36,006 nt of DNA from a virus (taxonomy: Duplodnaviria > Caudoviricetes), in IMG/VR virus record IMGVR_UViG_3300009528_000582, positions 1 to 36,006 of that record. One strand, given 5' to 3'. A program made the translations under genes and the position numbers. Positions 26,761-34,481 of the stretch are shown here, one piece after another (the stretch's first letter is position 1; each line of letters begins with the position of its first letter). The notes below the pieces were generated by a model. That model was not told the origin of the DNA and did no database searches. It saw only the letters and a program-made list of their open reading frames with translations.

Positions 26761-27150
26761 ATGGCACGCAAAGGAAAGTCGCCAGGGACGTGTGAGTATC
26801 CCGACTGCGGGAAGCCTGCCGTCCACCCAAACTTTACGATCAAAACCCCCTTCTTTACGGCGCGAGTCCACATTATTCGTATGGGCCGGTACTTGTGCGA
26901 GGAACACCTGCTCCTGGCGATGCAGCAGAAGCGGCTGCCCGAACTGGGGCGTGCGCCCGGCGAGGGGATAGAGTTCTCGCGCAAAGCTTTCTGCGAGCAC
27001 CGCAAGGAATCGGTCAGCTTCGAGGAGTGCACTAAATGCTTTGAGGCAAAAGAACACGAGAAGGGATTCAACCATATCGGCTGCCAGGATGCGTTCCTAC
27101 AGCCCTCGCCCCTTGCCCCTTTGGATAAGGAATTCAAGGAGGCAGGATGA
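26761..27150 (+). CDS. Cys/His-rich putative zinc-binding protein
   Basis: CEYPDC...LCEEH plus FC-x11-C-x2-CF-x13-C; AGGAGG RBS. Confidence 0.65.
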   Translation: MARKGKSPGTCEYPDCGKPAVHPNFTIKTPFFTARVHIIRMGRYLCEEHLLLAMQQKRLPELGRAPGEGIEFSRKAFCEHRKESVSFEECTKCFEAKEHEKGFNHIGCQDAFLQPSPLAPLDKEFKEAG

Positions 27151-27734
27151 CAACGTCTACCAGGCAAAAAGAGTTCCAGCTCGGCGAGGCCCAGATAATT
27201 GCGGCGGAGATCCGGCAAGCTTTAGAGGTCGTCGCCGAGCGGATTGAGATAGTCGGATCTATTCGCCGCAGGCTGGGCTGGGTGCACGACATAGACCTGG
27301 TGCTGATCCCCCAGGGCGAATGGATACAGAAGGCAAAAGGTAACCTGCAGCCCATGCCCGGGCACAACCACTGGTTCGACATCCCGCGACTGATCAACGA
27401 TATGGCCGGGCGCGTTATCAGGAAAGGACCGGCGATAATCACGGCCGAGGTCCAAGGCATTCAGGTAGACGTCTACTGCGCTACCGAGGAACCCTGGGGA
27501 ATTCTGATGCTGATCAAGACCGGGCCTAAGGAGTTCAACGTCGAGCTGTGCAAACGCGCGCAGAGGCTGGGCATGCACCTGAACCCGCAGACCGGCATCT
27601 GGAAAGACGGCAAGTGCATCGCCTCCCGGACCGAAGAGGAGATCCTCAAAGCCCTGGGTCTGCCTTACATTAAGCCGGTTGACCGGGACAAAGCCACAGG
27701 CGCGCTTGCGAGAGGAGAGTTCTCGATATGGTAA
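27147..27734 (+). CDS. Minimal DNA polymerase X family nucleotidyltransferase (palm and thumb only)
   Basis: VGSIRR...DIDLV...QVDV (three Asp), TGPKEFN..L...A...G..LN..G and TEEEI...LGL.YI.P..R motifs; no lyase, HhH or PHP domains. Confidence 0.88.
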   Translation: MTTSTRQKEFQLGEAQIIAAEIRQALEVVAERIEIVGSIRRRLGWVHDIDLVLIPQGEWIQKAKGNLQPMPGHNHWFDIPRLINDMAGRVIRKGPAIITAEVQGIQVDVYCATEEPWGILMLIKTGPKEFNVELCKRAQRLGMHLNPQTGIWKDGKCIASRTEEEILKALGLPYIKPVDRDKATGALARGEFSIW

Positions 27735-27941
27735 AAACGATCGCGCGCGTCGTGAAAGATTTCCTAATCGGATTCATCGTCGGCTGTTTTGAGGGATGTT
27801 TCCCAAAAGACGGCAAGGGTATCGCGCCCCCGACCGAGGAAGAGATCCTCAATGCCCCGGGTCCTCCTTCAGCCCCGAGTCCTCGTTACTTTGAGCCGGT
27901 TGATCAGGCCGCAAGCGCATTGGCGAGAGGAAAGTTCTCGA
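27603..27941 (+). repeat. Diverged direct repeat, ~125-135 bp (27603-27726 and 27806-27941)
   Basis: AAAGACGGCAAG...GACCGA.GA.GAGATCCTCAA.GCCC.GGGTC...AGCCGGTTGA...GCGAGAGGA.AGTTCTCGA in both copies. Confidence 0.85.
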
Positions 27942-27973
27942 CGGCGACCATCAAAAAGGAGCTAAAGAAATGA
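27728..27973 (+). CDS. Hypothetical protein derived from a duplicated PolX C-terminus
   Basis: GAGGAG RBS; KDGKGIAPPTEEEILNAPG...PVD.A..ALARG.FS repeats the PolX tail. Confidence 0.5.
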   Translation: MVKTIARVVKDFLIGFIVGCFEGCFPKDGKGIAPPTEEEILNAPGPPSAPSPRYFEPVDQAASALARGKFSTATIKKELKK

Positions 27974-28338
27974 GCGCCCCTAAAGACAAACCGCCAATCC
28001 TTGTCAAACTCTCATGGATCGCGGCGGTGATTGTCCTGGTGCTGGCTATCGGGGCAGGCGCGTTCATCGCCGGATATGGCTTGGCCTTCTCCAAGGTCGT
28101 TGACGTCTACGCTGAGACGAGCGTATTAAAAGCCCAGGCAGCCGAGCTCGAGGCCGAGATCCTGCACCTCAAAAACTACGCCGTGCTGATCGACTTTATC
28201 GCCACAGGCGGCGTGGCAGCCGGGGAACTACACCGAACACCTCTCTTTGCGCCCGACACGGTGTACGACACCGTGCGGCTGGTAGAAGTCATAACTCAGA
28301 TCGATACCGTCGTGAAGGTGTTCCATGACTCGGATTAA
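27970..28338 (+). CDS. Membrane-anchored coiled-coil protein with DTV repeats
   Basis: AAGGAG RBS; N-terminal TM, short coiled coil, PDTVYDTV...IDTV. Confidence 0.65.
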   Translation: MSAPKDKPPILVKLSWIAAVIVLVLAIGAGAFIAGYGLAFSKVVDVYAETSVLKAQAAELEAEILHLKNYAVLIDFIATGGVAAGELHRTPLFAPDTVYDTVRLVEVITQIDTVVKVFHDSD

Positions 28339-29086
28339 ACTTTCCAGGGAGAACCTCAAGAGGATTCTTGCATTCTCCTACCCGTCAGGCGAACCGTTCC
28401 CTGACGAAGGTAAGCTGGCCCTGCTTGCGGTTTTTGCAAGGTGCGGTAAGCGGCAGGTGGAGAAGTTCGCATCGGTCGACGAGCTTACCCGGGGCGGCTG
28501 GATCGAAAAGACAAAGTCCGGCCACCTGCGGCTCTGCGAAAGCACTGTTAAACTGCTCGGGCTGGAGCGCGATACGCGCAAGGAGCCCGATCCTCGTGTG
28601 AAGAAGCTGATCGGGACTTACGGAGCGTTGATCAAAGAGCGCTTCCATAAGGATCCTGTCAGGCTCTGGAACCAGGCGGACTGGGGCCGTTACAGCCGCG
28701 CCGCTGCGGAGATGCTGAGGGTTGCGGCATTGGCCCCGCAGTGCGAGAAGAGATCGGCTGAAGAGATCCTTGAGTTCGCAAGACAAACCCTGCGCGCGAT
28801 GGTCTATACCGAAGACCCCGGCGACTTCGGCTACTTTAAGAGCCGCGCCTGGGATCTCTGGGTGCTCGTCAAGGCCTTCTCAGGCAAGTACGTATTCGAG
28901 ATGCTGAAGCTGCAGGCGAGGCGCGAAGTGCCCCCTAAAGGGTATGAGGAAGAATCAAAGCCGCTGCTCAAACGGGTCGCCACAGTGTTCCGGGAACCTC
29001 GCAGGTACGGCGTTCGTATAGGCAAGCATACAGGGTGCGAAGTGCCCCCTCAAGGGGACAAGGATCCGGCAGAGAAGAAATCATGA
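28325..29086 (+). CDS. Hypothetical protein (possible N-terminal winged helix)
   Basis: 253 aa in operon, coupled at both ends; VDEL...GWIEK..SG...L resembles a wHTH wing. Confidence 0.6.
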   Translation: MTRIKLSRENLKRILAFSYPSGEPFPDEGKLALLAVFARCGKRQVEKFASVDELTRGGWIEKTKSGHLRLCESTVKLLGLERDTRKEPDPRVKKLIGTYGALIKERFHKDPVRLWNQADWGRYSRAAAEMLRVAALAPQCEKRSAEEILEFARQTLRAMVYTEDPGDFGYFKSRAWDLWVLVKAFSGKYVFEMLKLQARREVPPKGYEEESKPLLKRVATVFREPRRYGVRIGKHTGCEVPPQGDKDPAEKKS

Positions 29087-29454
29087 TGCATCGCGTTGTC
29101 CCGCTTTTCGTTCCCCTCTGCTCCATCTCGCAAGCCGCCGTTATGCTTACCAAGGCCGGGTTCAAGACCGCGCCCAGCACTGTTCGCAAGTATATCCTCG
29201 AAGGGCGATTGCTCCACTCCAAGGCGGGCAAGCTGGTGCGCATCCGGCGTTCAGACGTAGCGGCTCTGATCGAAAAAAAGACAGCCGAGCAGCGATTTAT
29301 CCTTGAGACCCTCTCGGTAAAACAGATCGCCGAGAAGCTGCAAGTCTCTCCCAGGTGGGTTCAGCGCCGATGCAGGCCGCCCTATGCAAGGAAACTGCGC
29401 ACCGGCTGGCGGATTTACCCCTGGGCGGTCAAAGAATTTATCAAGGAGACATGA
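29083..29454 (+). CDS. Double HTH_17 (excisionase/MerR-like) DNA-binding protein; candidate late-gene activator
   Basis: SI.QAA.ML.....TVRKYI.EG.L...K.GK..RI.RSDV and LSVKQIAEKL.VS.R.V.R.....A.K...GWRI; ATG 29083 overlaps the upstream stop; sits at the Mu C/Mor position. Confidence 0.75.
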   Translation: MMHRVVPLFVPLCSISQAAVMLTKAGFKTAPSTVRKYILEGRLLHSKAGKLVRIRRSDVAALIEKKTAEQRFILETLSVKQIAEKLQVSPRWVQRRCRPPYARKLRTGWRIYPWAVKEFIKET

Positions 29455-30737
29455 TGTCTGAAGACAAAAAGGGCAAACCCACGCCGAAGACGGGCGAAAT
29501 CTCCGCACCGAAAAAGATGGAAGTCGCCAGGGGGTATCTGGGGTTCTTTAGCGCGACGCTGCAGAACATGCCGGTGGCAACCCCGGAGTTCTTCAAGCGG
29601 CACGCGGGCAAAAGCTTCTGGGATATAGCTGAAGAGATGATGCACGATGCGCATATCCAGAGCGTATTCCGCTCCCGGCGCGCGGGCGTCGCCGGACGGA
29701 ACTGGGAGATCGTGCCCGCTGACGACTCGGCAAAGGGCTCCGAGGTTGCGGCGCGTATTAAATCAATCCTGGCCCCGATTCCCAACTTCGAGCACGCGCT
29801 CGCCCATCTCCTCAAGGCTACTCCGTACGGACACAGCGTAATTGAAATTATGTGGCGCATCGATCCGGATAGGGTAAGTGTTGAGGCACTGCGAACCCGT
29901 CGAGCGGACAGATTCACGTTAGGGTCCCAGAACACGCTGCGGCTTTTAGACTCGGAGACCGGCCAGCCGCGCGACCTGCCCGACCGCAAGTTCATCTGCC
30001 ACCGCCACGACCCTCAGGACGACGCGCCCTTTGCAAGCCCGCTTCTTTTCTCGTGCTACTGGCCCTGGTACTTCAAGAAACACGCCCACGGCTTCTGGAT
30101 GATTGTTGCCGAGAAGTTCGGTGTGCCTTCGATAATCGGCAAGTACCCGTCGCACTTTACGGATGACGACGTCTCCTCCTTGATCAAGGCGCTCGTAAAC
30201 CTGCAGCAGGACTCGGTCGCCGCCGTGCCCGCGGACACCGTGATAGAGACCGCGCTGGCCAAGGTGAGTGTCGGGGAAAAGGGCAACTTCTTCCGCGAGC
30301 TTTTAGACTTCTGCAACGCGGAGATCTCCAAATGCGTGCTGGGCGGGACCCTTACCCAGGAGGTCGGCGAGAAAGGCTCCTATGCGGCGGCCAAAACCCA
30401 CCAGGAGGTCAGGCACGAGATCATCGCCGCCGATGCTCAGCTTCTGCAAACCACTATCAACTCCACCTTGATTCGCTGGCTTACCGACTTCAACTACGGC
30501 CCCGACGTCCCGGCACCCGTGTTCCAGATCGACTACAAGCAATCGCGCGGCACGCCTGAGTTTGCCACGACCTTGAAGACGTTAAGCGAGATAGGAATGC
30601 CGATCCCGCAACGATTTGTGCGTGAGACCTTTGGCATACCTGAAGCCGCAGAAGACGAGGAGGTTCTTGAACCCCGCACTCAGGGCATCCCTTTTAAGGA
30701 ACGCTCCCCTTTCGAGAAGCCCCCGGACGCATCGTAA
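29451..30737 (+). CDS. Portal protein (Mu gp29 / DUF935)
   Basis: D.HI.S....R...V....W.I.P; A.PYG.S..EI.W; W....EKFG.P...GKY; CN.EISK.VLG.TLT...GSYA...TH.EVR. Start is ATG 29451 or 29454 with AAGGAG. Confidence 0.95.
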   Translation: MMSEDKKGKPTPKTGEISAPKKMEVARGYLGFFSATLQNMPVATPEFFKRHAGKSFWDIAEEMMHDAHIQSVFRSRRAGVAGRNWEIVPADDSAKGSEVAARIKSILAPIPNFEHALAHLLKATPYGHSVIEIMWRIDPDRVSVEALRTRRADRFTLGSQNTLRLLDSETGQPRDLPDRKFICHRHDPQDDAPFASPLLFSCYWPWYFKKHAHGFWMIVAEKFGVPSIIGKYPSHFTDDDVSSLIKALVNLQQDSVAAVPADTVIETALAKVSVGEKGNFFRELLDFCNAEISKCVLGGTLTQEVGEKGSYAAAKTHQEVRHEIIAADAQLLQTTINSTLIRWLTDFNYGPDVPAPVFQIDYKQSRGTPEFATTLKTLSEIGMPIPQRFVRETFGIPEAAEDEEVLEPRTQGIPFKERSPFEKPPDAS

Positions 30738-30760
30738 AGAGCGGTAAGTCCTACCGCCTG

Positions 30761-31816
30761 GTGCGGACCGGGGAGCGCCGCGCAGTTTACTTCGCCGAGG
30801 ATCTGCTCGGCGAGGAACGCAAGGACACCCCTGATTTTCTTGACCGCGACCGCCTTGCCGAGGAGGAGACCTTTCAGCTTGAGCGCCTTGTAGGGCTTGC
30901 CGATCCTGCCAGGCCGCAAGGCGAGGCAAAAAGATTTTACACCTCATTCCGCAAACGTGTAGTCGAGCCGCTCGGCAACCGCATCCTCGATCTTGAATCC
31001 GAGCGCCAGCTCGCAGACCTTGACTGGCGTTTCTTCGGCGACGTCTGGGACGAGGTGGCACCGCATCTGGGGCGGGGCCAGTTCTTCGCCAACCTCATGG
31101 GCGTAGAACAAGCAGACAAACTACTGCACGAGCGGTTGGAGTTTGCAGAACTGACTCGCGGCTATATGGCACGGTTCGATGAGCCGCTCCTGAACGAGGA
31201 GGCGGTGCGCGCCTTACAGCGCAAGGTCCCGGTGACGGAAGCGGAGATAAAGGCACTGGAGGCGCGCTACCGCGCTCAGGCTTTCACGATTTCCAAAGTT
31301 ACTTCTGCGGATCTGATTGAATATATCAAGCAGGACCTCGCCGCCCATATAGCCAAAGGCGGCACCTTTACCGAGTGGCAGGCTAGCGTTAATAAGCTCC
31401 TTATCCGGCGCGGGGTCGGCGGGCTGGATCCTCGATATCTGAGAACCGTCTACCGAACGAACGTGGCCTCAGCATACAATCTCGGTCGCTGGGAGCAGAC
31501 GCAGCGCAACGCCCACCTGGTCGAGTTGCTTGAGTATCACGCGATCCTCGACGAGAAGACCAGAGACGACCACCGCGCCATGCACGGGGTCAAGGCCCCG
31601 ATAGACGCCCCGGTGTGGGGCGAGTGGTATCCGCCGAACGGGTATAACTGCAGATGCATCGTGCTCCCTATCACCCCTTACGTGGCGCGTGAATACGGGC
31701 TGGTCGCAAGCCCGGCCATGCCGGACAAGCATCCTGACAAAGGCTTTGCCCACCACCCGGCCCAGGGCCTGCCGCCGCAGTATCTGGAAAGGGCCGCGGC
31801 TTATGGGATTCAATAA
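30761..31816 (+). CDS. Minor head morphogenesis protein (Mu gp30 / MuF)
   Basis: AFTIS...L.TVYRTN..SAYN.GR...Y.AILD..TR..H...HG......W...YPPNGYNCRC.V...PDKGF..P. No RBS at GTG 30761; the frame is open from 30698. Confidence 0.92.
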   Translation: MRTGERRAVYFAEDLLGEERKDTPDFLDRDRLAEEETFQLERLVGLADPARPQGEAKRFYTSFRKRVVEPLGNRILDLESERQLADLDWRFFGDVWDEVAPHLGRGQFFANLMGVEQADKLLHERLEFAELTRGYMARFDEPLLNEEAVRALQRKVPVTEAEIKALEARYRAQAFTISKVTSADLIEYIKQDLAAHIAKGGTFTEWQASVNKLLIRRGVGGLDPRYLRTVYRTNVASAYNLGRWEQTQRNAHLVELLEYHAILDEKTRDDHRAMHGVKAPIDAPVWGEWYPPNGYNCRCIVLPITPYVAREYGLVASPAMPDKHPDKGFAHHPAQGLPPQYLERAAAYGIQ

Positions 31817-31818
31817 TC

Positions 31819-31879
31819 GCACTTCGCACCCCCTCGTCATATCGGTCTCGACAGCGACACCGGGGCGCGCATAATTTTA
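31819..31879 (+). promoter_or_regulatory. Putative activator-dependent late promoter, copy 2 (lysis/terminase operon)
   Basis: GCACTTCGCAC-N5-CGTCATATCGGTCTCGACAGCGACAC-CGGGGCGCG-CATAAT-TTTA; inverted copy of 18212-18272. Confidence 0.75.
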
Positions 31880-32509
31880 ATGATGAAGCGTAGAACTTTT
31901 CGTATTATCTTCTGGACGGCGCTCGTAACCGTTATCTTGACGCTACTCGCGGTATGGCTGTTCCAGGATGGTTGCGGGCGTAAAGAGAAAGAGAAGGAGA
32001 TCGTTTATATTGCTGACACCATCCGGATAGAAGAGCTTCTCCGCGACACGGTTATGTGCTGGCGCGATAAGATCGTCTGGAAGGAAGTCCCCCCTGAAAC
32101 GGTGCGGGTCTCTCCCGATACCGTAGACGTAGAGGCCATCTGGGGGCGCTGGCCGGAGGCCATTACCTTCTTGTTCAAGCGCGGGAACAGGCTGCGCTTC
32201 GTATCGCTTACTCCTGCCGATTCGGGAATGCAAAATGCGATTATCAAAGATTATATTTATACGGTCAGCAATGATTTCTCCATCCATGCCACCGGTGAAG
32301 GATTTTTCGTCAAGACCCGGCGCGGCTTCTGGACCAAGTTTCACGGGGGCCTCTCGGCCGGTGCGGGCTTTAAGGTCTGGGGAGATTCGACGATGCCGTT
32401 CCTCGATCCCTACGTGCGAGCTTGTATAGGCTGGGGTCCGGTTAGCGTCGGGCCCCGCATAACGCTTCACGGCATCGCTCTTGATGTCGAGGCGGTCTGG
32501 AGGTTCTGA
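31880..32509 (+). CDS. Putative unimolecular spanin-like envelope protein
   Basis: N-terminal basic plus TM segment, DT(I/V) repeats, C-terminal amphipathic beta strands ending ALDVEAVWRF; first gene of the lysis unit. Confidence 0.5.
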   Translation: MMKRRTFRIIFWTALVTVILTLLAVWLFQDGCGRKEKEKEIVYIADTIRIEELLRDTVMCWRDKIVWKEVPPETVRVSPDTVDVEAIWGRWPEAITFLFKRGNRLRFVSLTPADSGMQNAIIKDYIYTVSNDFSIHATGEGFFVKTRRGFWTKFHGGLSAGAGFKVWGDSTMPFLDPYVRACIGWGPVSVGPRITLHGIALDVEAVWRF

Positions 32510-33414
32510 TGCGCTCGGAGAATCTTGACTTTCATTACTTAAAGAACTTCATCAAATTAGCGTTATGCGGGCAATGGCTTGAGGGGTTTGGCTCTATCAA
32601 TATCGTATGCTTTCCCGCAAGCACGCTGGACAAGGAAGGCCCTGATGCCGGGCGCATCACCCAAAACCAGAACCGACTGGACGAGTATAACGATTCTATC
32701 GTTATCGCACGACGCAATCCCAAATCCTACAAAGGAGAAGTGTATGCCGCCCAGGGCACGGTTGAACCGGGCAAGTATTACGCCGTAGACCATCCGCATC
32801 CTAAAGGCGCGGCTTATCTGTGCTGGGGCCAGCACCGCATGGAGCCTTATCGTCGCAAGAAAGACAGCCGCCTTGTGCTGCGCGGGATTAACAACGTGAC
32901 TCGCTTCTGGCGGGATCCGGACAAGGATGCGCAACAGGATCTCGATGAACCGGTTTGGACCAAGGCTATCGGGCAGTGGTTCCACGCGATGGGCAAAGGT
33001 GAGAGCATCGGCAAATGGAGCGCCGGGTGCGTAGGGCCACGCGGCGGATACGACGGCCCCGCGTGGAAGAAGTTCCTGGAATGGCTTAAAGATCACCCTA
33101 AAGGCAAGCACGTGCCTCTCACTCTGTGGGGTATCAAGGATTATCTGCGCTATCACTCGCTGGGCATGGGACCTCACCAGTTCGATTGCGCTCTTCGCAT
33201 GGGGATCCGGGATCTCACCGATTACGGCCCGGTGCGCAGGCTGCAGAAACTCCTCGCCGGAGCGGGCTACAGTCCGGGAAAGATAGACGGAGATTGGATG
33301 CACGGGACGCAGCATGCGTTTACACAATTTCAAGCAGGTGAAGGGCTGAGGGTAGACGGGATCTGCGGCCCGAAGAGCTGGGCAAAACTTAAACTTCTCA
33401 ACTACGGAGGATAA
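32509..33414 (+). CDS. Endolysin: putative Cys-peptidase (L,D-transpeptidase-like) domain plus C-terminal PG_binding_1
   Basis: FH...IGKWSAGC motif; VRRLQ.LL...GY.PG.IDG.....T..A...FQ...GL.VDGICGP.SW..L. Confidence 0.85.
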   Translation: MRSENLDFHYLKNFIKLALCGQWLEGFGSINIVCFPASTLDKEGPDAGRITQNQNRLDEYNDSIVIARRNPKSYKGEVYAAQGTVEPGKYYAVDHPHPKGAAYLCWGQHRMEPYRRKKDSRLVLRGINNVTRFWRDPDKDAQQDLDEPVWTKAIGQWFHAMGKGESIGKWSAGCVGPRGGYDGPAWKKFLEWLKDHPKGKHVPLTLWGIKDYLRYHSLGMGPHQFDCALRMGIRDLTDYGPVRRLQKLLAGAGYSPGKIDGDWMHGTQHAFTQFQAGEGLRVDGICGPKSWAKLKLLNYGG

Positions 33415-33678
33415 ATGCCTTCTATAGAACAAATCTCCAGGGCGTTAGAGGCAATCGATCTGGCAAAGAAGCGCTGCGAACGCCAGGACATTAACGGCGA
33501 CGTCCGGGCGGCCCTTGATTCGGCAAAAGAGAATCTGAACAAAGTATTGACAGACCTTTCGTCTTCCCAGTCTGATGACCGCAAGTTCTATGACGCGATC
33601 TTGAAATATTCGCTCTCGAAGAAGGCTGAACTCGGAGACAACATCGCCGACATCCTCAAATTCTTCGGCCAAAAATAA
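33415..33678 (+). CDS. Hypothetical helical protein
   Basis: GGAGG RBS; 87 aa; in the lysis unit. Confidence 0.65.
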   Translation: MPSIEQISRALEAIDLAKKRCERQDINGDVRAALDSAKENLNKVLTDLSSSQSDDRKFYDAILKYSLSKKAELGDNIADILKFFGQK

Positions 33679-33682
33679 TGAG

Positions 33683-33943
33683 ATGGAATTCCTTGAGCTT
33701 GCGCGAAACTTCGGGCTGCCTCTTGCTTTGCTTATCTTCGCGGTTATCGTCCTGTGGCGCGCCTGGCGACTCGAACGGCAGCGGCGAGAAAGGGACTTAG
33801 AGGAGCGAGCTAAACGGCTCGCAGAAAGGGAAGAGGAGTTGTATTCCCTGTATCGAGAGCTTGCGTTGAAGGATCTGGATAAGCTGGTGCGCAAACGACT
33901 CAAGCGGAGGAAGCAAGATGGGCAGAACCGAGAAGTTTCCTGA
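33683..33943 (+). CDS. Single-TM coiled-coil protein (holin-like / Mu gp25 position)
   Basis: FGLP.ALLIFAVIVLW TM followed by a highly charged coiled coil; located before terS. Confidence 0.55.
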   Translation: MEFLELARNFGLPLALLIFAVIVLWRAWRLERQRRERDLEERAKRLAEREEELYSLYRELALKDLDKLVRKRLKRRKQDGQNREVS

Positions 33944-34481
33944 CGAGGTCCACGTTCTGGCCTACGAGTTACATGTTAAAAGACCTTCTTATGCAGATAT
34001 CGTTCCGGAATTGGATAAATATTGCCGCAAGCATCTAAAGCGTCCGGGGCCTTCTTTGCGCGCCCTGCACAAGTGGCGGGTGACCGACGACTGGGCCGCG
34101 CAGGACGAGCTTCTCAAAGCCCAGCTTGCCGAAAAGCGGCGCAGCGAACTTGTCACCGAAAAACAGGGAATCCTTGAGCGCCTGGGAACTCTGGCAGATA
34201 CTACTTTCCGGCAGTACATGGAGCAGGTAGATGAGGGCGTGCGAGTCCCGCCCAGCCAGGCCGTATACGCGCTGATCCAGCTGGAATCCTTGCGCCACAA
34301 GCTCCTTGCCGAAGGCGCCCGGGGGCCGGATATCGGCAAGATCCTGAAGGCCGCGCTGCAGCCGCTTATCAATATCTTCGAACAGGAAATCCTCAGACGC
34401 CCGCTAAACGATACTGAGATAGAAAAGCTCCTTGAACGCCTGCAGGAGGAGATACAGAAGCGTGGCCGAACAAAGTTCTAA
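33918..34481 (+). CDS. Terminase small subunit (Mu gp27 position)
   Basis: N-terminal HTH (A..L......Y..I...L...S...L.KW...DDW); directly upstream of terL; GGAGG RBS. Confidence 0.7.
   Translation: MGRTEKFPDEVHVLAYELHVKRPSYADIVPELDKYCRKHLKRPGPSLRALHKWRVTDDWAAQDELLKAQLAEKRRSELVTEKQGILERLGTLADTTFRQYMEQVDEGVRVPPSQAVYALIQLESLRHKLLAEGARGPDIGKILKAALQPLINIFEQEILRRPLNDTEIEKLLERLQEEIQKRGRTKF

Noticed and set aside
27603-27941. Repeat pair as a diversity-generating retroelement TR/VR
   Set aside because: Mismatches are not adenine-specific, there are indels, and no reverse transcriptase is present.
29355-29450. N-terminal extension of the portal ORF
   Set aside because: Overlaps the HTH gene; the RBS points to 29451 or 29454.
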